DNA of 64,000 nt from Macrostomum lignano. Its lineage: Eukaryota. Positions within the stretch are counted from its first letter, which is position 1; every line of letters starts with the position of its first letter. The position numbers and the translations under genes were made by a program. Positions 33,860 through 45,381 of this stretch are shown in pieces. The stretch lies in contig NIVC01003471.1 in the NCBI GenBank assembly GCA_002269645.1, positions 32,248 to 96,247 of the forward strand, written 5' to 3'. The notes under the pieces are model-generated. The model made no database searches. It had not been told where the DNA came from and worked only from the letters and a program-made list of their open reading frames with translations.

Positions 33860-36546
33860 ATGTCGGACCTCGAGTTCCCCAGGTGGGGCCACATCTCGGT
33901 CGGCTCCGAGGCCGCCGAGTCCGCCGCTGCCTTGAAGCCTGCCGCGGGCGCCGCCGGGCCGCTCGAGCTGAGCTTTCACACGTCGGACATGAGCACCCGC
34001 GGCAGCAGCACCAGCAGCAGCGGCAGGACTGTGGTTCAGCATCTCGTCACCGTCACCGACTCCGCCAGCTCCGGCGCCAGTTGCCCTAGCAACAATCTCC
34101 ATAGCAACGCGGTTCGCCTCCCGGAGCCGGTCACTTCGTCGACGGACGAATCGACGATCGCCTTCCGCCTGCCGGTGACGGACCTGCGCGATGTCGACGA
34201 CTCGACTACGACGTCGACTTCCAATTATCAGGCCGCTGCTTTCGAGCCGCCTGTGCAGCCTTCGAGAGCCGCTCCGGTGGCGCAAGTCGGTCAGCCGTCG
34301 GATCGCACCGCGCCAGCCCTGGCCGTCGCCGGCCCCCTGCCGAGTGGTCGCTGCACGGCGGTTGCCGAGTTTCACAAAAACTGGTCGAGTCGTGAGTTGC
34401 AGAAACAGACTTTGGGGGTATTTTCAGGGTGTCGCATGCGCTCTGTCTGCAGTAAGTGAAGCCTAGTGAGTAAACAACTGACGCCCCAATACTGGCATCA
34501 AACAGAGAAACCGCCCACTCTGCTAAGCCCACTTCCATTTTGTGACTTGATTGACATTCCATTTGGTCTCTAAAAAGTCTAAAAAGGCCCGCTTTGAAGA
34601 CAGCAAAACTGCAGGATAGTCTATAAAGCCATGCGGCTTCCAACGCAAACACCTTCAATGCCTTTTTGCAGCCGAAGACCTCAGCCAGCAGTCGGCTTCG
34701 TCGCCCAGTCACTCGTCGCTGCAGCCGCGCGCCCAGCCCGTGCACTCCGTCCGTTTCGCCTTGGACAACATCGGCAGCCGCGCCGGCGGCGGCAGCAGCG
34801 GCGTCTTCCATCGGCCTCGGGGCGACTGCGGCAGCGCCGAGCTGCGCCGTCTGGCGCCACGATTCCCGATCTGGAGCGAGACCGGCGTCACCGACACAAA
34901 CGTTGCCAACGCGTCGAAAGTTGCAACACCTCCGCCGCCGATGCCGAAAGCGGCCGCGCCCGCAGCCGCCGCTCCAGTCGCCTCCGCCAAGAAGGTTGAC
35001 AAAGACAGGTCAACGGGCTCGCAGTCCTGCTGCAGCGACTGCTCGCCGCTCCGCGTCCTCGGCCTGATGGTCTATTACCTTACCATATGGGCCGTGGGCG
35101 CCGGCTTCACCTGGCTGCTGCTGGAGGCCTCCCTGATGCTCACCAGCCGGGGCAGCTTCCCCTATTACATGTCGCCGCACTCGTTCTGCCTCTCCAGCCC
35201 CAGCATCGGATTTCCGGGTGGCAACCCGGAGCCCGGCAAGGTCACCGAGTTCGAAAACCTGGCCAGTCTCAACCAGACTCTGCGCCAGAAATTGAAAAGC
35301 CATTTTTTACAGCCTGAAGCACCGAAGATGAGGCAGTGCGATGCTGGGAGCGAGGAGACTGTGGACTCAGACCTGCTCATGCAGCCCTGCAATCTGACGC
35401 TGTTTGCTCATGCTGCCATCAGCCAGGTTGAGACCCTGCTCAAGAACAGACCAGCTGTGTTCGTAAAGGTGAGAATCTTGATTAGACTACGGGAGTTTCT
35501 TCCTATGAGCAGCCGCGGTTCTCTCAATAACAGCCTTTCTGCACTGTCTAACAGCCTCTCTCCAATGTCTAACAGCCTCTCTCCACTGTCTAACAGCCTC
35601 TCTCCACTGTCTAACAGCCTCTCTCCAATGTCTAACAGCCTCTCTCCACTGTCTAACAGTCTCTCTCCACTGTCTAACAGCCTCTCTCCACTGTCTAACA
35701 GCCTCTCTCCACTGTCTAACAGCCTCTCTCCACTGTCTAACAGCCTCTCTCCACTGTCTAACAGCCTCTCTCCACTGTCTAACAGCCTCTCTCCACTGTC
35801 TAACAGTCTCTCTCCACTGTCTAACAGCCTCTCTCCACTGTCTAACAGCCTCTCTCCACTGTCTAGCAGCCTCTCTCCACTGTCTAACAGCCTTTCTCCA
35901 CTGTCTAACAGCCTCTCTCCACTGTCTAACAGCCTCTCTCCACTGTCTAACAGCCTCTCCACTCCTTAAGCAACATCTCTTTACTAAGCAGCCTCTTCAC
36001 TCTCTGAGCAGCCTCTTCACTCTCTGAGCAGCCTCTTCACGCCCTGAGCATGCAGCCTCTTCACTCGCTGAGCAGCCTCTTCACTCCCTGAGCAGCCTCT
36101 TCACTCGCTGAGCAGCCTCTTCACTCCCTGAGCAGCCTCTTCACTCCCTGAGCAGCCTCTTCACTCCCTGAGCAGCCTCTTCACTCCCTGAGCAGCCTCT
36201 TTCTCCCCGCTGCAACTGGCAGATCAAGCGCCACCTGGGCTACCTGCCGGCCACCGGTGCTCACGTGACCATCACCTGCAAGGCCAGCACTTCAGCCGGC
36301 AGTGTCTCGCTGCGCTACTACAGCTGGAATGACAGCAAGCTGGTGGAGTCCGAGTCGTTTGGCAGCGTGCCAACTGTGTACTTCCCCATGCTGAGCCGGT
36401 GGCACAACGCGCCCGCTGTGCTGGTGTCGCTGGCCAAGGCCGACAGCTCCGTGTGGAGCGGCAAGGAGCTGAAGATCAGCTGCCAGGCCTCTGACGGCGG
36501 GGACTCGAAGCCGCCTGAACGGGAGGTCATCCTGAAGATCGGGTAG
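33860..36546 (+). CDS. Divergent Na,K-ATPase beta-subunit-like type II membrane protein, ~550 aa. Exons 33860-34391, 34672-35468, 36223-36546
   Basis: One TM segment (LRVLGLMVYYLTIWAVGAGFTWLLL), then PYY..SPSIGFP (cf. P.W...PGLGFRP), RPAVFVK|IKRHLGYLP (cf. KPCVF.KLNRI.GW.P), YFP..PAVLV and ISCQA (cf. YFPY..PLVAV, IEC.A). Junctions are phase-consistent (1653 nt). Confidence 0.72.
35540..36200 (+). repeat. 21-bp (ctgtctaacagcctctctcca) then 20-bp (ctgagcagcctcttcactcc) minisatellites, intron 2 of the beta-subunit-like gene
   Basis: Two adjacent arrays sharing cagcctct. Confidence 0.93.
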
Positions 36547-36889
36547 CTGCCTGCATTAATTTTTTTAAATTGCCTCAAAAAAATCCCGGAGAATTGGTGA
36601 CTGTTACGTCATAACGCAAACTTTTCCGTTTCTAAACAGTAAAGTCAGAAAAAAGTTAAAAAAAATTATTTGCTGTGTTTTACTTTTTTTGGATGAAGAA
36701 CTATTTTGTTAACGTCTAGGGTCGAGTTTCTAAGTTACCAATTCGAATACATTCTTGGAAGTTCGGAGACGTGCATGCAAACAAATAATGGAATATGAGC
36801 ATAACAAATGCCTTTTGCTAAACTAGGTCTGCTACAGGACCAGGGGCCCCAGTCTCACAGCTACAGGACCAGAGGCCCCAGTCTCACAG

Positions 36890-38497
36890 CTACAGGACCA
36901 GAGGCCCCAGCCTCATTCGCACTCGCAGCTGCATATTCGGGTCAATGTAGTTCTCGCTCAGCTGCCTGGACAAGGTGTTGTGCTCGCAGATCCACTCGCC
37001 GTGCCCCTTACGGTAGAGCAGCCGCTTCCTGTACAAGGAGGCCATCCGGTAGAAGGTCAGGCCCTGGAAGCAGCTGACCACCTTCACCGGGGCGCTGACC
37101 CCGCTGTGCAGCACCGCCTCGCTCCGCGCCTGATCGGTGTCAAGCCGCAGGTCGCTGCCTTCCTTGACGTGACCGGTGACGTCGGCCGGCGGCAGATGCA
37201 GCGTGCAGGGGTCGTAGATGGTGCGCCGGCCCCAGTGGTAGTAGAAGCTGCTGGCGCACAGCGAGTCCAGCCGCGGCCTGGCATGGAAGAAGTACAGGCC
37301 CTGCAGGACGGAGGCCAGGTCCCAGTCAGCCCAGTGCAGATCCGGGTCCAAGGCCAGCAGCAGCGAGTGGTTGGCAGCCAGGCGGCTGTACGCGAAGGCC
37401 AGCAGCTGGTTGCGGAGCGCCGACATCAGCTGAACGCGCTCGAGTTCCTCCAGGAGGCTTCGCTTCAGCTTGGGGCCGGGGAGGTGCCGCTTGCCGGTGG
37501 AGTAGGACACGTTCAGGCGGCAAGGCTCCGGCGAGTTGATGCGCCCGCAGCCGAGGAGGGTGGCGGAGACCCGGCTGTTGCCGGAGGAGCCGAGGTCGCT
37601 GGTTAGCTGGTGCAGGCGCTGTCGGGTTTCGTCGCTGGAGTCGTTCTCGAGGAAGACCAGGCTGCACCGGGCGAACTTGCCGCACAGGCGGAGCAAGTTC
37701 GAGATGGTTGTGTCCAGGCCTGCAGGATGGCAAAGGCGGAGTAGCCAGTCAGTGACTTCTGAGAGCCAGAACAATCAAGATGAAGCATCAGCAATGTATT
37801 TGCACAACCTCACCATGCCCAAACATTTCTCAATCCTCACAGCAGGTGCTAAACCCTCCTAAACAGTTGCTCAACCCTACTAAACGGGTGCTCAACCCTC
37901 CTAAACGGGTGCTCAACCCTCTCAATCATGTGCACAACCCTCCTAAACATGTGCACAACCCTCCTGAACATGTGCACAACCCTCCTGAACGTGTGCTCAA
38001 CCCTCTTAAACGGGTGCTCAACCCTCATAGCAGCCGCCTCATTCACCTGGCATGGCGTTGCGAGCCGTAGCCACAACCGCCAGCGACTGGGTGCTCAGCC
38101 AGCGCTCAGCCTGCGCCACCCGATACTCCGCAGACTCCTCAGCCGCAGACAGCCGCATCAGCGGCAGTCTGGTGCCCAGCTGGTCCATCCAGTGCAAGGC
38201 CGAGTCCATATGCCGCTCGGCCAGCCTGTAGAAGTGCTCGAAATTGTTGAAGTTCCGGGCCAGCTGCTCGTCAGAGTCGCCGACGCCGTCCCCAGTTGTC
38301 AGCGGCTGCGCTGGCAGCGAGCGGACCTTGGCGCGCAGGAAGTCGGCGGCTTTTTCGTCGGTCACCTCCGTTTCACCGGCGGACGGCAGAAACCTGCCGC
38401 CGGCTCCGAAGAGCACCGAAACGCAGAGCAGCAACAGAAGGACAGACAGCAGAGGCGCCCGTCGCAGCTTTCGATATAAGCAGCTTGAGCTGACCAT
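36890..38497 (-). CDS. Type II membrane glycosyltransferase, CAP59/CMT1 (GT69, PF11735)-like, ~426 aa. Exons 38497-38047, 37719-36890
   Basis: N-terminal signal anchor (PLLSVLLLLLCVSVLF). Spliced junction ARNAMPG|LDTTI is phase 1 and GT-AG. Motif series FLENDSSDET, RVQLMSALRNQLL, LDPDL (DxD), LCA, IYDP, VVSCFQG, CEH matches my recollection of this family. Confidence 0.62.
37850..38020 (+). repeat. 21-bp minisatellite (cacaaccctcctaaacatgtg-type) in the glycosyltransferase intron
   Basis: About 8 degenerate units. Confidence 0.85.
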
Positions 38498-39336
38498 CTC
38501 CGTGTGCGCAGCTGGCGATAGTTGGAAAATATTCAGGCTGTGGAGCTGAAGGCACAGCAGAAAACCGGAGCACGGAGCTGTGTGAGAATGCGCGGCCCTT
38601 GTACAGTTTGCCTCTTCTCAGTTTTCACCTGCTCCCTTTCCCATCCCAGCCAGATCCCTAACCCAACTCCCCCGCGGTTTCACCTGTACCTGGCGCACCG
38701 TCTGAAGCCTCTCAGGATCTGTACAAGCTTAATAAGCAAAGTGAGGGAAGAGAAGGAGAGAACCGCTCCTGCAAAGAGAAACTGCAGGAGCGATCCTTAT
38801 GCCCAGCGCACGGTGTATTTGCACTGTACGGCTGGCTGGATGGAATGAAGCAATGGTTGGAAAGAAAATGTCCCGGATGAGCCACCTGCTCCTCTCTCAA
38901 CCCTCTCTCAACCCTCTCTCGACCCTCCTGTTGGGGCTAGTAAAGTTGAGTCGTTTTTTATAGCCGCGGAGAGCCAACAGAGTAACGCGTTTCAGAGTGC
39001 ATTGAGCGCCTTAACTGTGCTACTTTTTAGCTACAATCAGAGGCCTTCGCGACTATAAGAGTTAGAAATCTGAAGTTTTAACCCTAAGTTATAAGATAGG
39101 TAGAAATTTACTAGCAATCTACGCCCCCCGTTGGGGAGCCAAATAAATGCAATACACGTTTTTTTAATAAGCTACATGTATCCTTGAAATCTTAAAAAAT
39201 CTCCTGTCAAACCTTGTAAGCCTTGACATGTCAGTAATTCCCCCCCCCCACAAGCTTTGACATATCAACTTCCCCCCTTGACATCTCAGCAATGCCCCCA
39301 ATAAGCCTTGGAAATCTAAAAATATCTGTCAACCTT

Positions 39337-39398
39337 CTAACCCTAGCCTAACCCTAACCCTAACCCTAGCCCTAACCCTAACCCTAACCCTAACCTAA
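39337..39398 (-). repeat. Interstitial (TTAGGG)n telomere-type repeat inside Helitron copy 1
   Basis: About 10 CCCTAA/CCCTAG units on the plus strand. Confidence 0.88.
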
Positions 39399-40259
39399 CA
39401 TTGAAATTTCAGTAATTCTCTCTAAGAGTCACTATAGCACTACTACAGCATTATAGCGATTTCCTGCAAGCCTCGACATCGTAGGGATTCCCAAATGAAT
39501 CTCTTAACTTCGACATGAAGCTTCTTTTATTTTTTACATTACGCTTTTTTTATCAGCGATCCCTCCCCTGAGGAGGCATCAAATAATGTAATAAAAAGTT
39601 TTCAATAAACTACATGTAGCTTCTGACTTTAGCCTTGAAATCTCATTTATACCCCCGTGAACCTTGACATCTCAGATATTCCCCCCGTAAGCCTTAACAT
39701 GTCAGCGATGGCCCCCATAAACCTTGAAATCTAAAAAATCCCCTGTTATTCTGTTAACCTTGAAACCCGATAAAATATAACCCTCAACCCACACCTGACC
39801 TAAACCTAACTTTAACCCAACCTAAAGCCTTGAAATCTCAGCAATTCTTCTCCCCTAAGCCTTGACATTTTAGTGATTCCTTCTTTAAGAATCACAGCAC
39901 TATAACGATTTCCACCAAGCTTTGACATCGTAGCAATTCCCAAATGAATCTTTTAACTTGAACATGACTTTTCTTTTATGTATAGCTCGTACATACGCTC
40001 GTAGTGCTACTTTTATTTTTTACATGACTCTTCTTCTATAAGCGCCTCCCGTGGCGAGCCAACAAAGAATGCAATAAAAAAATTGAGTAAAGTACATGAA
40101 CTTTGAAGTAGCTTCTGACTTTTGCTTTGACATCTCAGAAACCCCCCCCCCCGTAATCTCAGCAGTTATTCTCTGAGAGCCTTTACGTCTCAGTTTTTCT
40201 CCCCAGCACAGCATTATAGCTGCATTTAATTTTTGATTTTTATGATTTTCTATGATTTT

Positions 40260-42220
40260 TAAATGACGCTTCTACGATTTTTACATGACGCTTCTATGAT
40301 TTTTTACATGACGCTTCTATGATTTTTTACATGACGCTTCTATGATTGTTTACATGACGCTTCTATGATTTTTTACATGACGCTTCTATGATTGTTTACA
40401 TGACGCTTCTATGATTGTTTACATGACGCTTCTATGATTGTTTACATGACGCTTCTATGATTCTTTACGTGACGCTTTTATGATTTTCACATGACGCTTC
40501 TATGATTTTTTAAATGACGCATCTATGATTTTTATATGACGCTTCTATGATTTTTTAAATGACGCTTCTATGATTGTTTACATGATGCTTCTATGATTTT
40601 TTAAATGACGCATCTATGATTTTTTTACATGACGCTTCTATGATTCTTTACATGACGCTTCTATGATTGTTTACATGACGCTACTATGATTTTTTTACAT
40701 GATGCTTCTATGATTGTTTACATGACGCTTCTATGATTGTTTACATGACGCTTCTATGATTTTTTCATGACGCTTCTGTGATTGTTTACATGACGCTTCT
40801 ATGATTGTTTACATGATGCTTTTATGATCGCTTACATGACGCTTCTATGATTGTTTACATGACGCTTCTATGATTGTTTACATGACGCTTCTATGATTGC
40901 TTACATGACGCTTCTATGATTGTTTACATGACTCTTCTATGATTTTTTACATGACGCTTCTATGGTTGTTTACATGACGCTTCTATGATTTTTACATGAC
41001 GCTTCTATGATTTTTTATATGACGCTTCTATGATTTTTTTAAATGATGCATCTATGACTTTTATATGACGCTTCTATGATTTTTTACATGACGCTTCTAT
41101 GATTGTTTACATGACGCTTCCATGATTTTTTAAATGACGCATCTATGATTTTTGCATGACGCTTCTATGATTGTTTACATGACGCTTCTATGATTGTTTA
41201 CATGACGCTTCTATGATTGTTTACATGATGCTTTTATGATTGCTTACATGACGCTTCTATGATTGTTTACATGACGCTTCTATGATTGTTTACATGACGC
41301 TTCTATGATTGCTTACATGACGCTTCTATGATTGTTTACATGACTCTTCTATGATTTTTTACATGACGCTTCTATGGTTGTTTACATGACGCTTCTATGA
41401 TTTTTACATGACGCTTCTATGATTTTTTATATGACGCTTCTATGATTTTTTTAAATGATGCATCTATGATTTTTATATGACGCTTCTATGATTTTTTACA
41501 TGACGCTTCTATGATTGTTTACATGACGCTTCCATGATTTTTTAAATGACGCATCTATGATTTTTGCATGACGCTTCTATGATTTTTTAAATGACGCTTC
41601 TACAATTTTTTACATGACGCTTCTATGATTGTTTACATGACGCTTCTATGATTGTTTACATGACGCTTCTATGATTGTTTACATCACGCTTCTATGATTT
41701 TTTTACATGACGCTTCTATAATTGTTTACATGACGCTTCTATGATTTTTTACATGACGCTTCTATGATTGTTTACATGACGCTTCTATGATTGTTTACAT
41801 GACGCTTCTATGATTCTTTACGTGACGCTTCTATGATTTTCACATGACGCTTCTATGATTGTTTACATGACGCTTCCATGATTTTTTAAATGACGCATCT
41901 ATGATTTTTATATGACGCTTCTATGATTTTTTTAAATGACGCTTCTATGATTGTTTACATGATGCTTCTATGATTTTTTAAATGACGCATCTATGATTTT
42001 TATATGATGCTTCTATGATTTTTTAAATGACGCTTCTATGATTGTTTACATGATGCTTCCATGGTTTTTTAAATGACGCATCTATGATTTTTATATGATG
42101 CTTCTATGATTTTTTAAATGACGCATCTATGATTTTTATATGACGCTTCTATAATTTTTTATATGACGCTTCTACGATTTTTTACATGACGCTACTATGA
42201 TTTTTACATGACGCTTCTTT
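40260..42220 (+). repeat. ~22-bp minisatellite (acatgacgcttctatgattgttt) inside Helitron copy 1; shorter homologous array at 44050-44750 in copy 2
   Basis: Tandem units; the array length difference accounts for most of the size difference between the copies. Confidence 0.95.
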
Positions 42221-42804
42221 TTAAAAAGTCTTTTAGTTTTCCTGACGTTGAAAAGCTTTAATTAAAAAAATTATACTCTATGAAAATTCGAACCATCGTC
42301 GCTGCATTTAGCAGTTCAGTCTGTTCACCTCTAGGCTAGTTCTCATCTTTTTGATAACATCAAATTTTGCACTTATATATATATATATAATTCAACAGTT
42401 TAAAATCCAAGCATAGAGTAAATCACACGAAGCAGTTATGACATAATCAGTTTCTCAGTCAGTCAGTATCAGTTAACAATATGGTTACGCAATTTAAATC
42501 AAGTCTGGTGCTACGCTTCCACACTGCATTTTCAATTCAAGTCGGAGTTACAATTCAGTGATGATGCAATCTATTTCAGAACCAGAATTCAACCAGTCAG
42601 TTTTTTCTCTAGCATTCTTACAATGCATTTCAAGTCGAAAAGTTTGCTTGACCTTTGCAAAAAAGCATGTTTTTCGAATATTTAATGCCTTTAGCATCGA
42701 GCAATTTCTTAGCCGCGATGCATGTACAGTCACGGGAAAATTTCTGATCGAACAGTGCAAGTTTGAACAAAATCGGTCCAGCCATTTTTTCTCTAATCGA
42801 TCAC

Positions 42805-42841
<37 letters not shown>

Positions 42842-42870
42842 CACAGACAGACCATTTTTAGTATATAGGA

Positions 42871-45381
42871 CTAGCAATCTACGCCCCCCGTTGGGGAGCC
42901 AAAGAAATGCAATACATATTTTTTTAATAAGCTACATGTATCCTTGAAATCTTAAAAAATCTCCTGTCAAACCTTGTAACCCTTGACATGTCAGTAATTC
43001 CCCCCCCCTACAAGCTTTAACATATCAACTTCCCCCCCTTGACATCTCAGCAATGCCCCCAATAAGCCTTGGAAATCTAAAAATATCTGTCAACCTTCTA
43101 ACCCTAACCCTAGCCTAACCCCTAACCCTAACCCTAACCCTAACCCTAACCCTAACCCTAACCTAACCCTAAAGCATTGAAATTTCAGTAATTCTCTCTA
43201 AGAGTCATTATAGCACTACTACAGCATTATAGCGATTCCCTGCAAGCCTCGACATCGTAGGGATTCCCAAATGAATCTCTTAACTTCGACATGAAGCTTC
43301 TTTTATTTTTTTACATTACGCTTTTTTAATCAGCGATCCCTCCCCTGAGGAGGCATCAAATAATGTAATAAAAAGTTTTCAATAAACTACATGTAGCTTC
43401 TGACTTTAGCCTTGAAATCTCATTTATACCCCGTGAGCCTTGACATCTCAGCTATTCCCCCCGTGAGCCTTGACATGTCAGCGATGGCGCCCATAAACCT
43501 TGAAATCTGAAAAATCCCCTGCTAACCTTGAAACCTGATAAAATGTAACCCTCAACCCACACCTGACCTAAACCTAACTTTAACCCAACATAAAGCCTTG
43601 AAATCTCAGCAATTCTTCTCCCCTAAGCCTTGACATTTTAGTGATTCCTTCTTTAAGAATCACAGCACTATAACGATTTCCACCTAGCTTTGACATCGTA
43701 GCAATTCCCAAATGAATCTTTTAACTTCGACATGACTTTTCTTTTATGTATACATAGTGCTACTTTTATTTTTTACATGACTCTTCTTATATCAGTGCCC
43801 CTCCCCGTGGCGAGCCAACAAAGAATGCAATAAAAAAATTGAGTAAAGTACATGAACTTTGAATTAGCTTCTGACTTTTGCTTTGACATCTCAGAAACCC
43901 CCCCCCCCGTAATCTCAGTTATTCTCTGAGAGCCTTGACGTCTCAGTTTTTCTCCCCAGCACAGCATTATAGCTGGATTTAATTTTTCCATGACACCCTT
44001 CATGTCTGACATGACGCTTCTTTTCTTCTACCATGATGCTTCTTAATTTTTTAAATGACACTTTCATTAGTTTTCAAATGACGCTTCTATGATTTTTTCA
44101 TGACGCTTCTATGATTTTAACATGACGCTTCTATGATTTTTTAAATGACGCTTCTATGATTTTTTAAATGACGCTTCTATGATTTTTTACATGACGCTTC
44201 TATGATTGTTTATATGACGCTTCTATGATTTTTTACATGACGCTTCTATGATTGTTTACATGACGCTTCTATGATTGTTTACATGACGCTTCTATGATTT
44301 TTACATGACGCTTCTATGATTGTTTACATGACGCTTCTATGATTCATTACATGACGCTTCTATCATTTTTTAAAATGACGCTTTTATGATTTTTTACATG
44401 ACGCTTCTATGACTGTTTACATGACGCTTCTATGATTGTTTACATGACGCTTCTATGATTTATTACATGACGCTTCTATGATTGTTTACATGACGCTTCT
44501 ATGATTGTTTACATGACGCTTCTATGATTTTTTAAATGACGCTTCTACGATTTTTATATGACGCTTCTACGATTTTTTACATGACGCTTTTATGATTGTT
44601 TACATGACGCTTCTATGATTTTTTAAATGACGCTTCTACGATTTTTATATGACGCTTCTACGATTTTTTACATGACGCTTTTATGATTGTTTACATGACG
44701 CTTCTATGATTTTTTACATGACGCTTCTATGATTCATTACATGACGCTTCTTTTTAAAAAGTCTTTTAGTTTTCCTGACGTTGAAAAGCTTTAATTAAAA
44801 AAATTATACTCTATGAAAATTCGAACCATCGTCGCTGCATTTGGCAGTTCAGTTTGTTCACCTCTAGGCTAGCTCTCATCGTTTTGATAACATCAAATTT
44901 TGCACTTATATAATTCAACACTCTAAAATCCAAGCATAGAGTAAATCACACGAAGCAGTTATGACATAATCAGTTTCTCAGTCAGTCAGTATCAGTTAAC
45001 AATATGGTTACGCAATTTAAATCAAGTCTGGTGCTACGCTTCCACACTGCATTTTCAATTCAAGTCGGAGCTACAATTCAGATATGATGCAATCTATTTC
45101 AGAATCAGAATTCAACCAGTCAGTTTTTTCTCTAGCATTCTTACAATGCATTTCAAGTCGAAAAGTTTGCTTGACCTTTGCAAAAAAGCATGTTTTTCGA
45201 ATATTTAATGCCTTTAGCATCGAGCAATTTCTTAGCCACGATGCATGTACAGTCACGGGAAAATTTCTGATCGAACAGTGCAAGTTCGAACAAAATCGGT
45301 CCAGCCATTTTTTCTCTAATCGATCACATAGATAGATAGATAGATAGATAGACACAGACAGACCATTTTTAGTATATTGGA
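42871..45381 (-). mobile_element. Non-autonomous Helitron, copy 2 (2511 bp), head-to-tail with copy 1
   Basis: Preceded by A, begins TCCAATATACTAAAAATGG, ends with the same hairpin + CTAG abutting the TC of copy 1. Colinear with copy 1 along its length. Confidence 0.82.
43098..43171 (-). repeat. Interstitial (TTAGGG)n telomere-type repeat inside Helitron copy 2
   Basis: About 12 CCCTAA units on the plus strand. Confidence 0.88.

Larger units (their letters stand above)
39111..42870 (-). mobile_element. Non-autonomous Helitron, copy 1 (3760 bp)
   Basis: Minus strand begins TCCTATATACTAAAAATGG + (TCTA)n and ends with hairpin GCTCCCC-AAC-GGGGGGC 8 nt before CTAG, followed by T. No coding capacity recognised. 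Confidence 0.82.

Noticed and set aside
42548-42877. Short ORFs duplicated in both Helitron copies
   Set aside because: No Rep or helicase motifs; they overlap microsatellite and terminal non-coding sequence.
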